Of a stretch of 64,000 nt of DNA, positions 17,987-25,310 are shown piece after piece (the first letter of the stretch is position 1; every line of letters begins with the position of its first letter). The translations under genes and the position numbers were made by a program. Origin of the DNA: a virus. Under the pieces are notes generated by a model that was not told the DNA's origin, ran no database searches, and worked only from the letters and a program-made list of their open reading frames with translations. The DNA lies in IMG/VR virus record IMGVR_UViG_3300023504_000004, positions 16,857 to 80,856 of that record; one strand, written 5' to 3'.

Positions 17987-18742
17987 ATGGCATTGGCAGT
18001 TGTAAAAAATGAAAAACAGGACGTGATCCAGCTTAAGGTTGTAAATGGAACCGGTCGGTTTACAAAAGACGGACGATGGATCCCGAACCCACAGAGCGAA
18101 GAGCGTTGGGTTGATCCGATTAGGGATAAGGCAGATGTGGAGCGCTGCATCGAATACCTGAAGCTCAAAGTCCAGATGGCGCATAAAAAGAACGAGAAGT
18201 TTACATCGAAGAGAAACTTGATGCTGTTCGTTATAGGAATCAACATCGGATTACGAGTGTCTGATTTGTCTGCACTCAAGTGGTCAAACTTTTTCGAGAA
18301 GGACATGGAGACATTCGTGAATGCTCGAAATAAAAAGGAAAAGAAAACCGGAAAGAAAAAACTGGTGATTCCAAACGAGTCGATCCAGAATGTGATTACA
18401 TGGTACTTGAATGAAACCGAAATTCAGCCGGAATACGACGCACCGGTATTTGTGTCTTATAATACCGGGAAAGCAATTGGACGCGATCCGGTGGAGAATA
18501 TGATGAAGGACCTGCAGTATCATCTAAAGCTCAAAGGCAGCTATAACACGCATAGCTTGCGGAAAACCAATGCGTATCAGAAATATATGATGTTGGTCGA
18601 GGCGGGAGATCCATTAGCTCTTGCCAAGATTCAGCACAGTCTTAACCACCGGAATACAAGCGAAACACTTAGATATTTAGGATTGACAAGAGATGATGAT
18701 ATTAAAGACCAGTTCGCATTGGACGACTGGTGGGATATGTAA
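17987..18742 (+). CDS. Small tyrosine recombinase (phage-integrase family, catalytic domain only)
   Basis: Internal ATG of ORF 17969-18742 after 'ggaaaggagagatctt'. Motifs 'GLRVSDLSALKW' (box I Arg), 'HSLRKTNAY' (HxLR) and 'LNHRNTSETLRYLGL' (C-terminal catalytic Tyr region). Confidence 0.75.
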   Translation: MALAVVKNEKQDVIQLKVVNGTGRFTKDGRWIPNPQSEERWVDPIRDKADVERCIEYLKLKVQMAHKKNEKFTSKRNLMLFVIGINIGLRVSDLSALKWSNFFEKDMETFVNARNKKEKKTGKKKLVIPNESIQNVITWYLNETEIQPEYDAPVFVSYNTGKAIGRDPVENMMKDLQYHLKLKGSYNTHSLRKTNAYQKYMMLVEAGDPLALAKIQHSLNHRNTSETLRYLGLTRDDDIKDQFALDDWWDM

Positions 18743-18749
18743 AGGACGG

Positions 18750-18971
18750 TTATTCACCGTCCTTTGGTTTAAAAGAGATGTCTATATTGAGATTTAATGC
18801 GTTACAGATTTCCATAAGAGTTGCCAAACGGGGGCTTCCACTCTGAAAAATTTTGCTTACTGCAGCCGGTGTAGAATCCATTTTGGCGGCAAGCTCTTTT
18901 ATGAGAATATTATTTTCGAACATATATTTACGAATATCCCATAAGACATCGTTTGGAGTATTGTAAACCAT
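18750..18971 (-). CDS. XRE-family helix-turn-helix transcriptional regulator (73 aa)
   Basis: The only convincing minus-strand gene. HTH reads 'ILIKELAAKMDSTPAAVSKIFQSG'. Divergent from the MazF-like gene, with operator-like repeats in the shared intergenic region. Confidence 0.75.
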   Translation of the reverse strand: MVYNTPNDVLWDIRKYMFENNILIKELAAKMDSTPAAVSKIFQSGSPRLATLMEICNALNLNIDISFKPKDGE

Positions 18972-19050
18972 AAGTCCCTCCTTCTATATCCTAAGTATAA
19001 AACAAAAAGGTTGATAAAACAATAAAAAAGTAAATAATAAGAGGAAAAGG

Positions 19051-19079
19051 TTGACAAAAAGATAAAAAGGTTGTATAGT
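19051..19079 (+). promoter_or_regulatory. Sigma-A-type promoter TTGACA-N17-TATAGT for the toxin gene, with 3 'AAAGGTTG' repeats
   Basis: TTGACA at 19051-56, a 17-nt spacer, then TATAGT at 19074-79. Operator-like repeats are 'aaaaggttgataaaac', 'aaaaggttgacaaaaag' and 'aaaaaggttgtatagtt' across 19005-19080. Confidence 0.6.
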
Positions 19080-19113
19080 TAGAGTATCAAAAGAAAGGAG
19101 AGGAAGTGAGAAT

Positions 19114-19473
19114 ATGGAAATGGAGCTTAAAAAATACGATATTGTGATAGCAGACTTTGGCGAAGATGAATTTGCTGGTGAACAGGCCGGTATTCGTCCA
19201 TGTGTTATTATTCAAAACAACACAGGAAATAAACATAGTTGCACAACAATCGTGATGGCGCTTACAACCAAAATTAAAAAGCTCAGACAGCCTACTCACT
19301 TCCTGCTGATTCCCGGAAGCGATAATGGCCTACGACAGGAATCGATGGTTCTTGGAGAATGTATAAGGCAGATTTCAAAAGAGAGAATCATTGGTAAGAT
19401 TGGTTCTGTTGAGAATACAGATGACAGATCAGAAATCAAGCGCGTCTACGACGCGAACTTCGGGGAGGATTAA
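19114..19473 (+). CDS. MazF/PemK-family toxin (mRNA interferase-like)
   Basis: N-terminus 'KKYDIVIADFGEDEFAGEQAGIRPCVIIQNN' matches the MazF/PemK signature (GDIv.vdF.p..G.EQ.G.RP.vvv). SD 'aaaggagaggaagtgagaat'. 119 aa. Confidence 0.7.
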   Translation: MEMELKKYDIVIADFGEDEFAGEQAGIRPCVIIQNNTGNKHSCTTIVMALTTKIKKLRQPTHFLLIPGSDNGLRQESMVLGECIRQISKERIIGKIGSVENTDDRSEIKRVYDANFGED

Positions 19474-19476
19474 AGA

Positions 19477-19746
19477 ATGGAAGGCTATGTTACGATGACG
19501 GCAAAGGAAGCTATGGAGTTAGTTGGAGAGGATTCTATCGTTTTAGTTTCAGTCCAGGATCTTACAAAGAAAAATACCCTCGCCAAGTTTTGTAAAAAGA
19601 AGGGTAGAGATTGCCAGAATTTTATTGACGAGGCAAAGTTAATTGCAAAGATCGAATGTGAACTCAGGGTTTTTAGCGAAAAGCAGCCAGACCCGATAGA
19701 CTTTGAACCAAGAGGATTTCTAAGAACGGTACTCTTAAGAGATTAA
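19477..19746 (+). CDS. Hypothetical protein, possibly a downstream-encoded antitoxin or partner
   Basis: 89-aa ORF starting 3 nt after the toxin stop (translationally coupled). No recognisable motif. Confidence 0.45.
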   Translation: MEGYVTMTAKEAMELVGEDSIVLVSVQDLTKKNTLAKFCKKKGRDCQNFIDEAKLIAKIECELRVFSEKQPDPIDFEPRGFLRTVLLRD

Positions 19747-19786
19747 TTGTCAAAATAATAACACGAACAGGCGTTCGAAAAAACTA

Positions 19787-19815
19787 TTGACAGAACAAGC
19801 GTTCGGGTATATAGT
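19787..19815 (+). promoter_or_regulatory. Sigma-A-type promoter TTGACA-N17-TATAGT upstream of the tRNA cluster
   Basis: TTGACA at 19787-92, 17-nt spacer, TATAGT at 19810-15. Flanked by the direct repeat 'caggcgttcgaaaaa' / 'caagcgttcgggtat'. Confidence 0.55.
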
Positions 19816-20015
19816 AAATATTGCCAGAAGGAAATAGGCAAATAAACCAAAAGAGCCTCTACACTGGGTTGCCGCCCATTGTGTAAAAGGCTCTTAGGTG
19901 CAAAAGCGGTCACCACAACTGCCATTGCGATATCATTATACATATTTTTTTCGAAAATCGCAAGGCATATCGCCAACTATTTCCAATTATTACCAATTTA
20001 ATAGAGAAAATATAT

Positions 20016-20087
20016 TGGGCCATCGCCAAAAGGTAAGGCACAGCACTTTGACTGCTGTATTTGCCGGTTCGAATCCGGCTGACCCAG
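20016..20087 (+). tRNA. tRNA, anticodon loop 'cTTTGac' giving UUG (Gln). One C·A mismatch in the acceptor stem.
   Basis: Hand-folded cloverleaf: acceptor tgggcca/tgaccca, D-arm gcc-aaaaggtaa-ggc, anticodon stem cagca/tgctg, T-arm gccgg-TTCGAAT-ccggc, discriminator g. Confidence 0.55.
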
Positions 20088-20256
20088 TGCGCTCGGACTT
20101 ATGTCCGGGTGTCCTAACGGTCGGCGTTAGGTTACATAAGTAGAGTACAAGCTGCTCTAGGTGTGTTTAGTGCGCGCAAAATACATTCACTTGTACAGGT
20201 TTGCCTTCTAATAGGTGTACCCATCATCGATTCCCGTCAGTCTCGGTGATGGTAAA

Positions 20257-20337
20257 GCTCCAATGGCGGAAAGGAAGACGCAGTGGACTCAAAATCCACC
20301 GATTTATATCGTGTGAGTTCGAATCTCACTTGGAGCA
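20257..20337 (+). tRNA. tRNA-Leu (anticodon CAA), type II with long variable arm
   Basis: Acceptor gctccaa/ttggagc, U8, 3-bp D-stem, anticodon stem gtgga/tccac with loop cTCAAaa, variable arm cgatttatatcgt, T-arm gtgag-TTCGAAT-ctcac, discriminator a. Confidence 0.65.
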
Positions 20338-20377
20338 TTCCTTTTTGGAGAATAAATAAGCGAAAGGAGTGAAGAAA

Positions 20378-20998
20378 ATGGATTACGAGATAGTAAGTGG
20401 TAACCAAAAGATTTATGTCAAATTGGATTCTGGTGGTCGGCCAGTAACATGTGGGAAATTTGAAAGAGGAAGATTTGAGATGAGTAAGGCAAAAAATATT
20501 ATAAAAAACCTTCCAAAACCTCTTCAAAAATTTCACTTCCGAATTGAGGCAATACCGGAAATTCCGAAAAAAGAAGATTCAACCACAAAACCAAAAGTAA
20601 TTGAAAATGTAGGTTATGTCCCGTCGAGCAATGTAACTCAATGGATAGAAAAGTTCGGTCAATGTGGAGATATTTTAAATGCTGCTATTGAAAGGCATTC
20701 CGAACTGGTAAAAAATCTTTCAGATCTGGATAAAGGTCTGACTGATCTTTTACATAGTGTTGAGTTAGAACGACCAAAGGATCTGTTTAAGGCTTGGATT
20801 ATTTACACGGATATCCGGACAAACAGACGGAAGAGAAGAGATGTTAAAGATGAGCTTCGAATTATAAGAGATGTGATTCATGGTGTTGATCCGGCTGTTT
20901 TACAAAGAGAGCATATAAAAAAATCAGTTGATGACTTAGTGAATCGAAAATACATATACAGAATCATCGAAGACGACGAAGAAAAAGAGAATAAGTAG
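20378..20998 (+). CDS. Hypothetical protein
   Basis: ATG 8 nt after 'aaaggag'. The listed GTG at 20369 abuts the SD. 206 aa. Confidence 0.55.
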   Translation: MDYEIVSGNQKIYVKLDSGGRPVTCGKFERGRFEMSKAKNIIKNLPKPLQKFHFRIEAIPEIPKKEDSTTKPKVIENVGYVPSSNVTQWIEKFGQCGDILNAAIERHSELVKNLSDLDKGLTDLLHSVELERPKDLFKAWIIYTDIRTNRRKRRDVKDELRIIRDVIHGVDPAVLQREHIKKSVDDLVNRKYIYRIIEDDEEKENK

Positions 20999-21015
20999 AT
21001 TGGAGGTGATCTGAC

Positions 21016-21675
21016 ATGGAAAACAAAAATCAAGACAAGAAAACGGTGGAATTCACACCGGAACAGATGAAGCTTGCAGAAGAGTATTGTGAACATGATA
21101 TGGCAAAGTTAAAAGCCACATGTTACAAAATTTTCGTAAAGAAAATTGGCGGTATAGACAAATGGGAATATGATGACCTTTATTCGTTAGGGTTAAATGT
21201 TCTGTGCAACAGTATTATAAAGTATAGTGCAGATAAAGGTTGTAAATTCCATACATATTTGTGCGGAAATCTTTCCAGAAGATGCGATTCATACAAGCGA
21301 GATAAAAACAAAGATAAGCGTTCAAATATTCAGGAAGACGAAGACGGAAATAAAGTCTTCTTGAAGAACGAGTCTTTTGACATGGTAAAGCAGAATGGAC
21401 AAGCATTAGAGGAATGCCTGGACTCAGGTAGTAGGATTGATGACAGCCTTGAAGAATGCTTCAATTCTCTTTATATGTCGGAAAATGTGGAAGAATACCT
21501 GCAGAGATTATCACGGAAACAGAGACAGATTGTGCTGTTGCTGGCCAACGGATATGATCGTAAGGCAATTATGATGCAGTTACGGATTAGTGCAAATGAG
21601 TATAAAGAACATATGGCGTGGATCCGTTCAGACTGTAATACAAGATATTTATACAAAAAAAGAAAGGGAGATTAA
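21016..21675 (+). CDS. Putative sigma-70-family-like transcription factor (region-4-type HTH)
   Basis: C-terminal 'LSRKQRQIVLLLANGYDRKAIMMQLRISANEYKEHMAWIRSD' resembles the sigma region 4 / LuxR HTH. SD 'ttggaggtgatctgac'. Confidence 0.4.
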   Translation: MENKNQDKKTVEFTPEQMKLAEEYCEHDMAKLKATCYKIFVKKIGGIDKWEYDDLYSLGLNVLCNSIIKYSADKGCKFHTYLCGNLSRRCDSYKRDKNKDKRSNIQEDEDGNKVFLKNESFDMVKQNGQALEECLDSGSRIDDSLEECFNSLYMSENVEEYLQRLSRKQRQIVLLLANGYDRKAIMMQLRISANEYKEHMAWIRSDCNTRYLYKKRKGD

Positions 21676-21677
21676 TC

Positions 21678-23174
21678 ATGAAGAGAAAAGTTATTGAAGA
21701 AGCTGTGTCGGTAGAGTCTTACTTAAGCGATATCTCAAACGAAACGATTAGCGACAATCAGGACGTACAGAGAAATTTCTGTTCGACAGAAGAATTTGAG
21801 GATGGAATTATTTTAACCGTACTTACTGGTGATTATCTTCCTTCCTTAATTATCGGAGAAATTAATTCCGGAGGAATTACGAGAAAATATCTTATCGACG
21901 GAATGCAGAGAACATCGGCACTGAGAAGATTTAAAAATGGCGCTCATAAAATTAGAAAGAAATGCGAAGACAGCGTTGTTGAATATCAGACGAAGAAGCT
22001 CGATAAAAACGGAGTTGTTGTTCGAGACGAGAATGGAGAGCCGGTTTGGGAGATTGCAACATTCGATGTTAAGGGAAAGGGATACGAAGATCTTCCTGAA
22101 GAATTGAAAAGAGAGTTTGATAAATTCCAGGTAAAGCTTGCAACATTAACAGGTTACAAAACAATGTCGGAAGTCAGCAAAAAGATTAGACAGTTCAATA
22201 TGAATACAGGAATGAATACCAATCAGAAGAGTTTTACTTACCTTGATATGTACGCCAGAAAGGTAAAAGCAATTGGATCTAAAGGCTTTTTCAAGGAATC
22301 AACTGCACTTAAGAGCAAACAGAATGATAAAGGAGCTTGCGAGAGCATGATTCTCAGGTCGATTATGACTGTATTCCACTTAGATTCTTATAAGAAAAAT
22401 GCAAAAGACGTAGCTATTTTTCTCAATACAAATGCAAGTGACGCTGAGTTTAACTTATTTCAGCATCTTGCAGATAGTCTGTGCGATGTAGTCGGCGATG
22501 CATATAAGGAATTGTTCACTCAGAAAAATGTCCCGATTTGGTTTCCAGCATATAATCATTTCTTAGAGTTAGGCATTGAGGAAAAAGAATTCAGAAGATT
22601 TCTTGATGCTTTTAAAGAGAATTTACATACGAGCACGGTTAAATGTGATTACGAACAGAAAGATCTTAACGGAGATATTACTTGGGACAAACTCGATGGA
22701 TTGCGTGGAACAACTGACAATGGTCTTGTAAAGGCAAAAATCGATACGCTCTGCCAGTTAATTGACGATTTTTTTGGAATTAAAGCTGAAGAAAAAACCG
22801 AAATCGAGGCGGTAGAAGAAGAGAATAATAATGAAGTAGTGGAAACAAATGAAGTAGAGATTGATCCGGTATTAAAGTTTGCACAGGACAACGTAAGAGA
22901 AACTATTGAACCAGAAGACATTGCATTATATAAGGATTTTTTGAGCGATTTTGTAAAAGATGATTCACATATTTATGAAGCAGGAGAAGAAACGGTAATT
23001 GCTTTAATGGCATATGCATCTGATATTGAAAAAGATACAGAATTCAGCGAATGGATAGACAGAGAAAATTCCAAAAATAATACATATAGTCCAAGTCACA
23101 AAACAAACTTTACATATTTAAAACGTGATTTTGATGAGTTTTTAGAGAAGAGAAATGGAGGTAAAGCAGCATGA
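21678..23174 (+). CDS. DUF262 / ParB-like nuclease-domain protein (GmrSD N-terminal-domain-like), 498 aa
   Basis: Motif 'YLIDGMQRTSALRRF' resembles the DGQQR signature of DUF262/ParB-like NTPase domains. SD 'aaagggagattaatc'. Confidence 0.45.
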   Translation: MKRKVIEEAVSVESYLSDISNETISDNQDVQRNFCSTEEFEDGIILTVLTGDYLPSLIIGEINSGGITRKYLIDGMQRTSALRRFKNGAHKIRKKCEDSVVEYQTKKLDKNGVVVRDENGEPVWEIATFDVKGKGYEDLPEELKREFDKFQVKLATLTGYKTMSEVSKKIRQFNMNTGMNTNQKSFTYLDMYARKVKAIGSKGFFKESTALKSKQNDKGACESMILRSIMTVFHLDSYKKNAKDVAIFLNTNASDAEFNLFQHLADSLCDVVGDAYKELFTQKNVPIWFPAYNHFLELGIEEKEFRRFLDAFKENLHTSTVKCDYEQKDLNGDITWDKLDGLRGTTDNGLVKAKIDTLCQLIDDFFGIKAEEKTEIEAVEEENNNEVVETNEVEIDPVLKFAQDNVRETIEPEDIALYKDFLSDFVKDDSHIYEAGEETVIALMAYASDIEKDTEFSEWIDRENSKNNTYSPSHKTNFTYLKRDFDEFLEKRNGGKAA

Positions 23175-23959
23175 GCAAGTACAGAGTAGGCGACCGTGTA
23201 GTTGTTGTCTCTAAGGAGAAGGTAAAAGATTTAAAGAAAAAGTTTCTGTTTTTTTCTGACATGAGATCGTTTTGTGGAGAGACGGTTACTATAAAAGAAG
23301 CAGATAATAGGGATGGAAATTATAGAATTAAGGAATGTGGTTGTTGGTGGTACGATGAATTCTTTGAAGGATTGGAAGAAGATGTACATCTAAAAGAAAG
23401 ACCATTTGGGTATAGGGAAACAATTCAAGCATCATCTTGTTTTGTAGACACAGATGCAATACAGGACATGATTAACAGTTTCCGTATTGAGGATGAAGCG
23501 TTTAAAAATATTTTTTCAATTAAAAAGGAGAATAAAACCATGAACAAAAAAGACATTTTAGTAGTAAGAAACCATAACGACCGTGCGATGGTGATGCAGT
23601 TCAATAAGAAAGACAAGAACGGTAAAAATATTCAGACCAGAGCCGAAGTCCATGATGGTGATACATTCGATCTGGATAACGGAATTCGGATTTGTCTTCT
23701 TAAATATCTTCTTGGCGGTCATAAGGAATATATGGCAATTATGGATGCCGCGAGAAAAGCTTATAAGAAAACCATTAAGGAAGATGAGAAAAAAGTTGCA
23801 GAGAAGTATAAAAAAGCACTCGCACTTGTTAGAGAAAAGACTAAAAAAATGGAAGAAAAAGAAAGGCGTGATAAGGAAATGGAGGAACTTATTGAAAAAG
23901 CAATCAAGAAAGCGTTAGCTGAAACAGGAGAAAGCGAAAATAAAATTGTAGAGGGATAA
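23171..23959 (+). CDS. Hypothetical protein with a Lys/Glu-rich C-terminal tail
   Basis: ORF with SD 'aatggaggtaaagcagc'. A highly basic alt-frame ORF at 23652-23918 is an artefact of the AAG/AAA-rich tail. Confidence 0.55.
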   Translation: MSKYRVGDRVVVVSKEKVKDLKKKFLFFSDMRSFCGETVTIKEADNRDGNYRIKECGCWWYDEFFEGLEEDVHLKERPFGYRETIQASSCFVDTDAIQDMINSFRIEDEAFKNIFSIKKENKTMNKKDILVVRNHNDRAMVMQFNKKDKNGKNIQTRAEVHDGDTFDLDNGIRICLLKYLLGGHKEYMAIMDAARKAYKKTIKEDEKKVAEKYKKALALVREKTKKMEEKERRDKEMEELIEKAIKKALAETGESENKIVEG

Positions 23960-24002
23960 ACTTTCATTCGCCAAGGCAAATAATAAGAAGAGAGGTAGAA
24001 AA

Positions 24003-24410
24003 ATGGCAAGTAAAGGATTAAGCGGATACTACGAGGTGGCAGAAACAAAACAGGGATACGGAACATACTATTATGCTATTTTCAACGATGGAAATACATA
24101 TAAAAAAGGCGATAAAATCCTTGTTTCAGGAGCCAACAACGAGGTTTTAGAAATTACGGATATTCTGACACCAGAAGAAGCAAAGAGAAAAAGCAGCAAG
24201 GCGATCACAGCAGAGGTAATCGGCAAGGTTGTAGTGGATACTTCGGCGTATGAAGCGCGTGTTGAGAAGAGAAGAGTGACTGAAAAGCTCAAAAAAGAGC
24301 TAAATCAGAAAATGAGGCAGCTTGACGAAGTTCAGAAATACGAGTATTTTGCAAAGATCGACCCTGAGTTTGCAAAGCTGGTAGACGAGTATAAAAAAGT
24401 AACTGAATAA
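24003..24410 (+). CDS. Hypothetical protein
   Basis: ORF with SD 'agagaggtagaaaa'. Confidence 0.5.
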   Translation: MASKGLSGYYEVAETKQGYGTYYYAIFNDGNTYKKGDKILVSGANNEVLEITDILTPEEAKRKSSKAITAEVIGKVVVDTSAYEARVEKRRVTEKLKKELNQKMRQLDEVQKYEYFAKIDPEFAKLVDEYKKVTE

Positions 24411-24540
24411 CAAAAAAATGGACTGACCAGGAAACTTGACGGGTATTCTGGTCAGCCACAGGAATAAGAGTAAGAACGTGGGATTCTTACCAAATACATA
24501 ATAACACAGAAATGACAGAATGTCTACGGAGAAGAGAATT

Positions 24541-25002
24541 ATGAAATATAAGGTTGGAGATAAAGTCAGGGTAAGAGAAGATTTGTTTGCATGGAAAGAA
24601 TATGATGGTTGTTATATCGTTCCTTCAATGATTGTATTTTTAAGGAAAACTGTAACAATTCACAAAGTTCTCGAGGATATCAATCGGTATATAATCGAAG
24701 AAGATTATGGAACATGGAATTGGACTGATAGTATGTTTGAGCCATTAGAAAGCGAAAATTCGACAGATGAAACTAATGTTTCAGAGGAGTGGGTTTTATG
24801 TAAAGATGATACAGAAATCCATGCAGACGCCGTAGGAGCTGCTGAGAGTGCCGATTGTCTGTTGAAATTAAAATTCAAAGAAGCAGTAAGGAAAATCACG
24901 CCAGATGACCTTAAGATGATCCTTATGAAAAAGATCGAGGATTCTGTCAAAAATATGAGCGACGACGTGATTCAGGATATTTTAGCAGAGGCATTGTGTT
25001 AG
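24541..25002 (+). CDS. Hypothetical protein
   Basis: Internal ATG of ORF 24520-25002, after 'acggagaagagaatt'. Confidence 0.5.
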   Translation: MKYKVGDKVRVREDLFAWKEYDGCYIVPSMIVFLRKTVTIHKVLEDINRYIIEEDYGTWNWTDSMFEPLESENSTDETNVSEEWVLCKDDTEIHADAVGAAESADCLLKLKFKEAVRKITPDDLKMILMKKIEDSVKNMSDDVIQDILAEALC

Positions 25003-25016
25003 AGGGATAGATACAT

Positions 25017-25292
25017 ATGAATCAGAAAGAGAAAGTTAAATTTATGATCAGTTCGTTACAGGTGGCGCTGGATGAGTTGGAATATGCTGAAAAATATGAG
25101 ACAGTATATAACAGACTAAAGGCGGAGGAAAAAGCGACCGGCAAATGGAATTGGTACGAACTTGGCGCTCACAGAACTCCAAATGGAACACTAATTAGAG
25201 AGTCATTAAAAAATGTGGCTCGACTTGCACCACTGGTTGCCCACGAGGTAGTGTTTGCTGATGGTCGGATTCAGGTATATAGAGATAAATAA
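25017..25292 (+). CDS. Hypothetical protein
   Basis: ORF with SD 'tagagggatagatacat'. Confidence 0.5.
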   Translation: MNQKEKVKFMISSLQVALDELEYAEKYETVYNRLKAEEKATGKWNWYELGAHRTPNGTLIRESLKNVARLAPLVAHEVVFADGRIQVYRDK

Positions 25293-25310
25293 AAGAATGG
25301 GAGAATGACA

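Noticed and set aside
19898-20143. ORF 19898-20143 (+) and ORF 20237-20536 (-) overlapping the tRNA region
   Set aside because: Both run through sequences that fold as tRNAs (T-loop GGTTCGAATCC translated as 'GSNPADP' / 'RFELTRYKS'). They are artefacts of the ORF caller.
23652-23918. Highly basic alt-frame ORF (RKPLRKMRKKLQRSIKK...)
   Set aside because: It is frame-shifted reading of the AAG/AAA/GAA-rich Lys/Glu tail of gene 23171-23959, not an independent gene.
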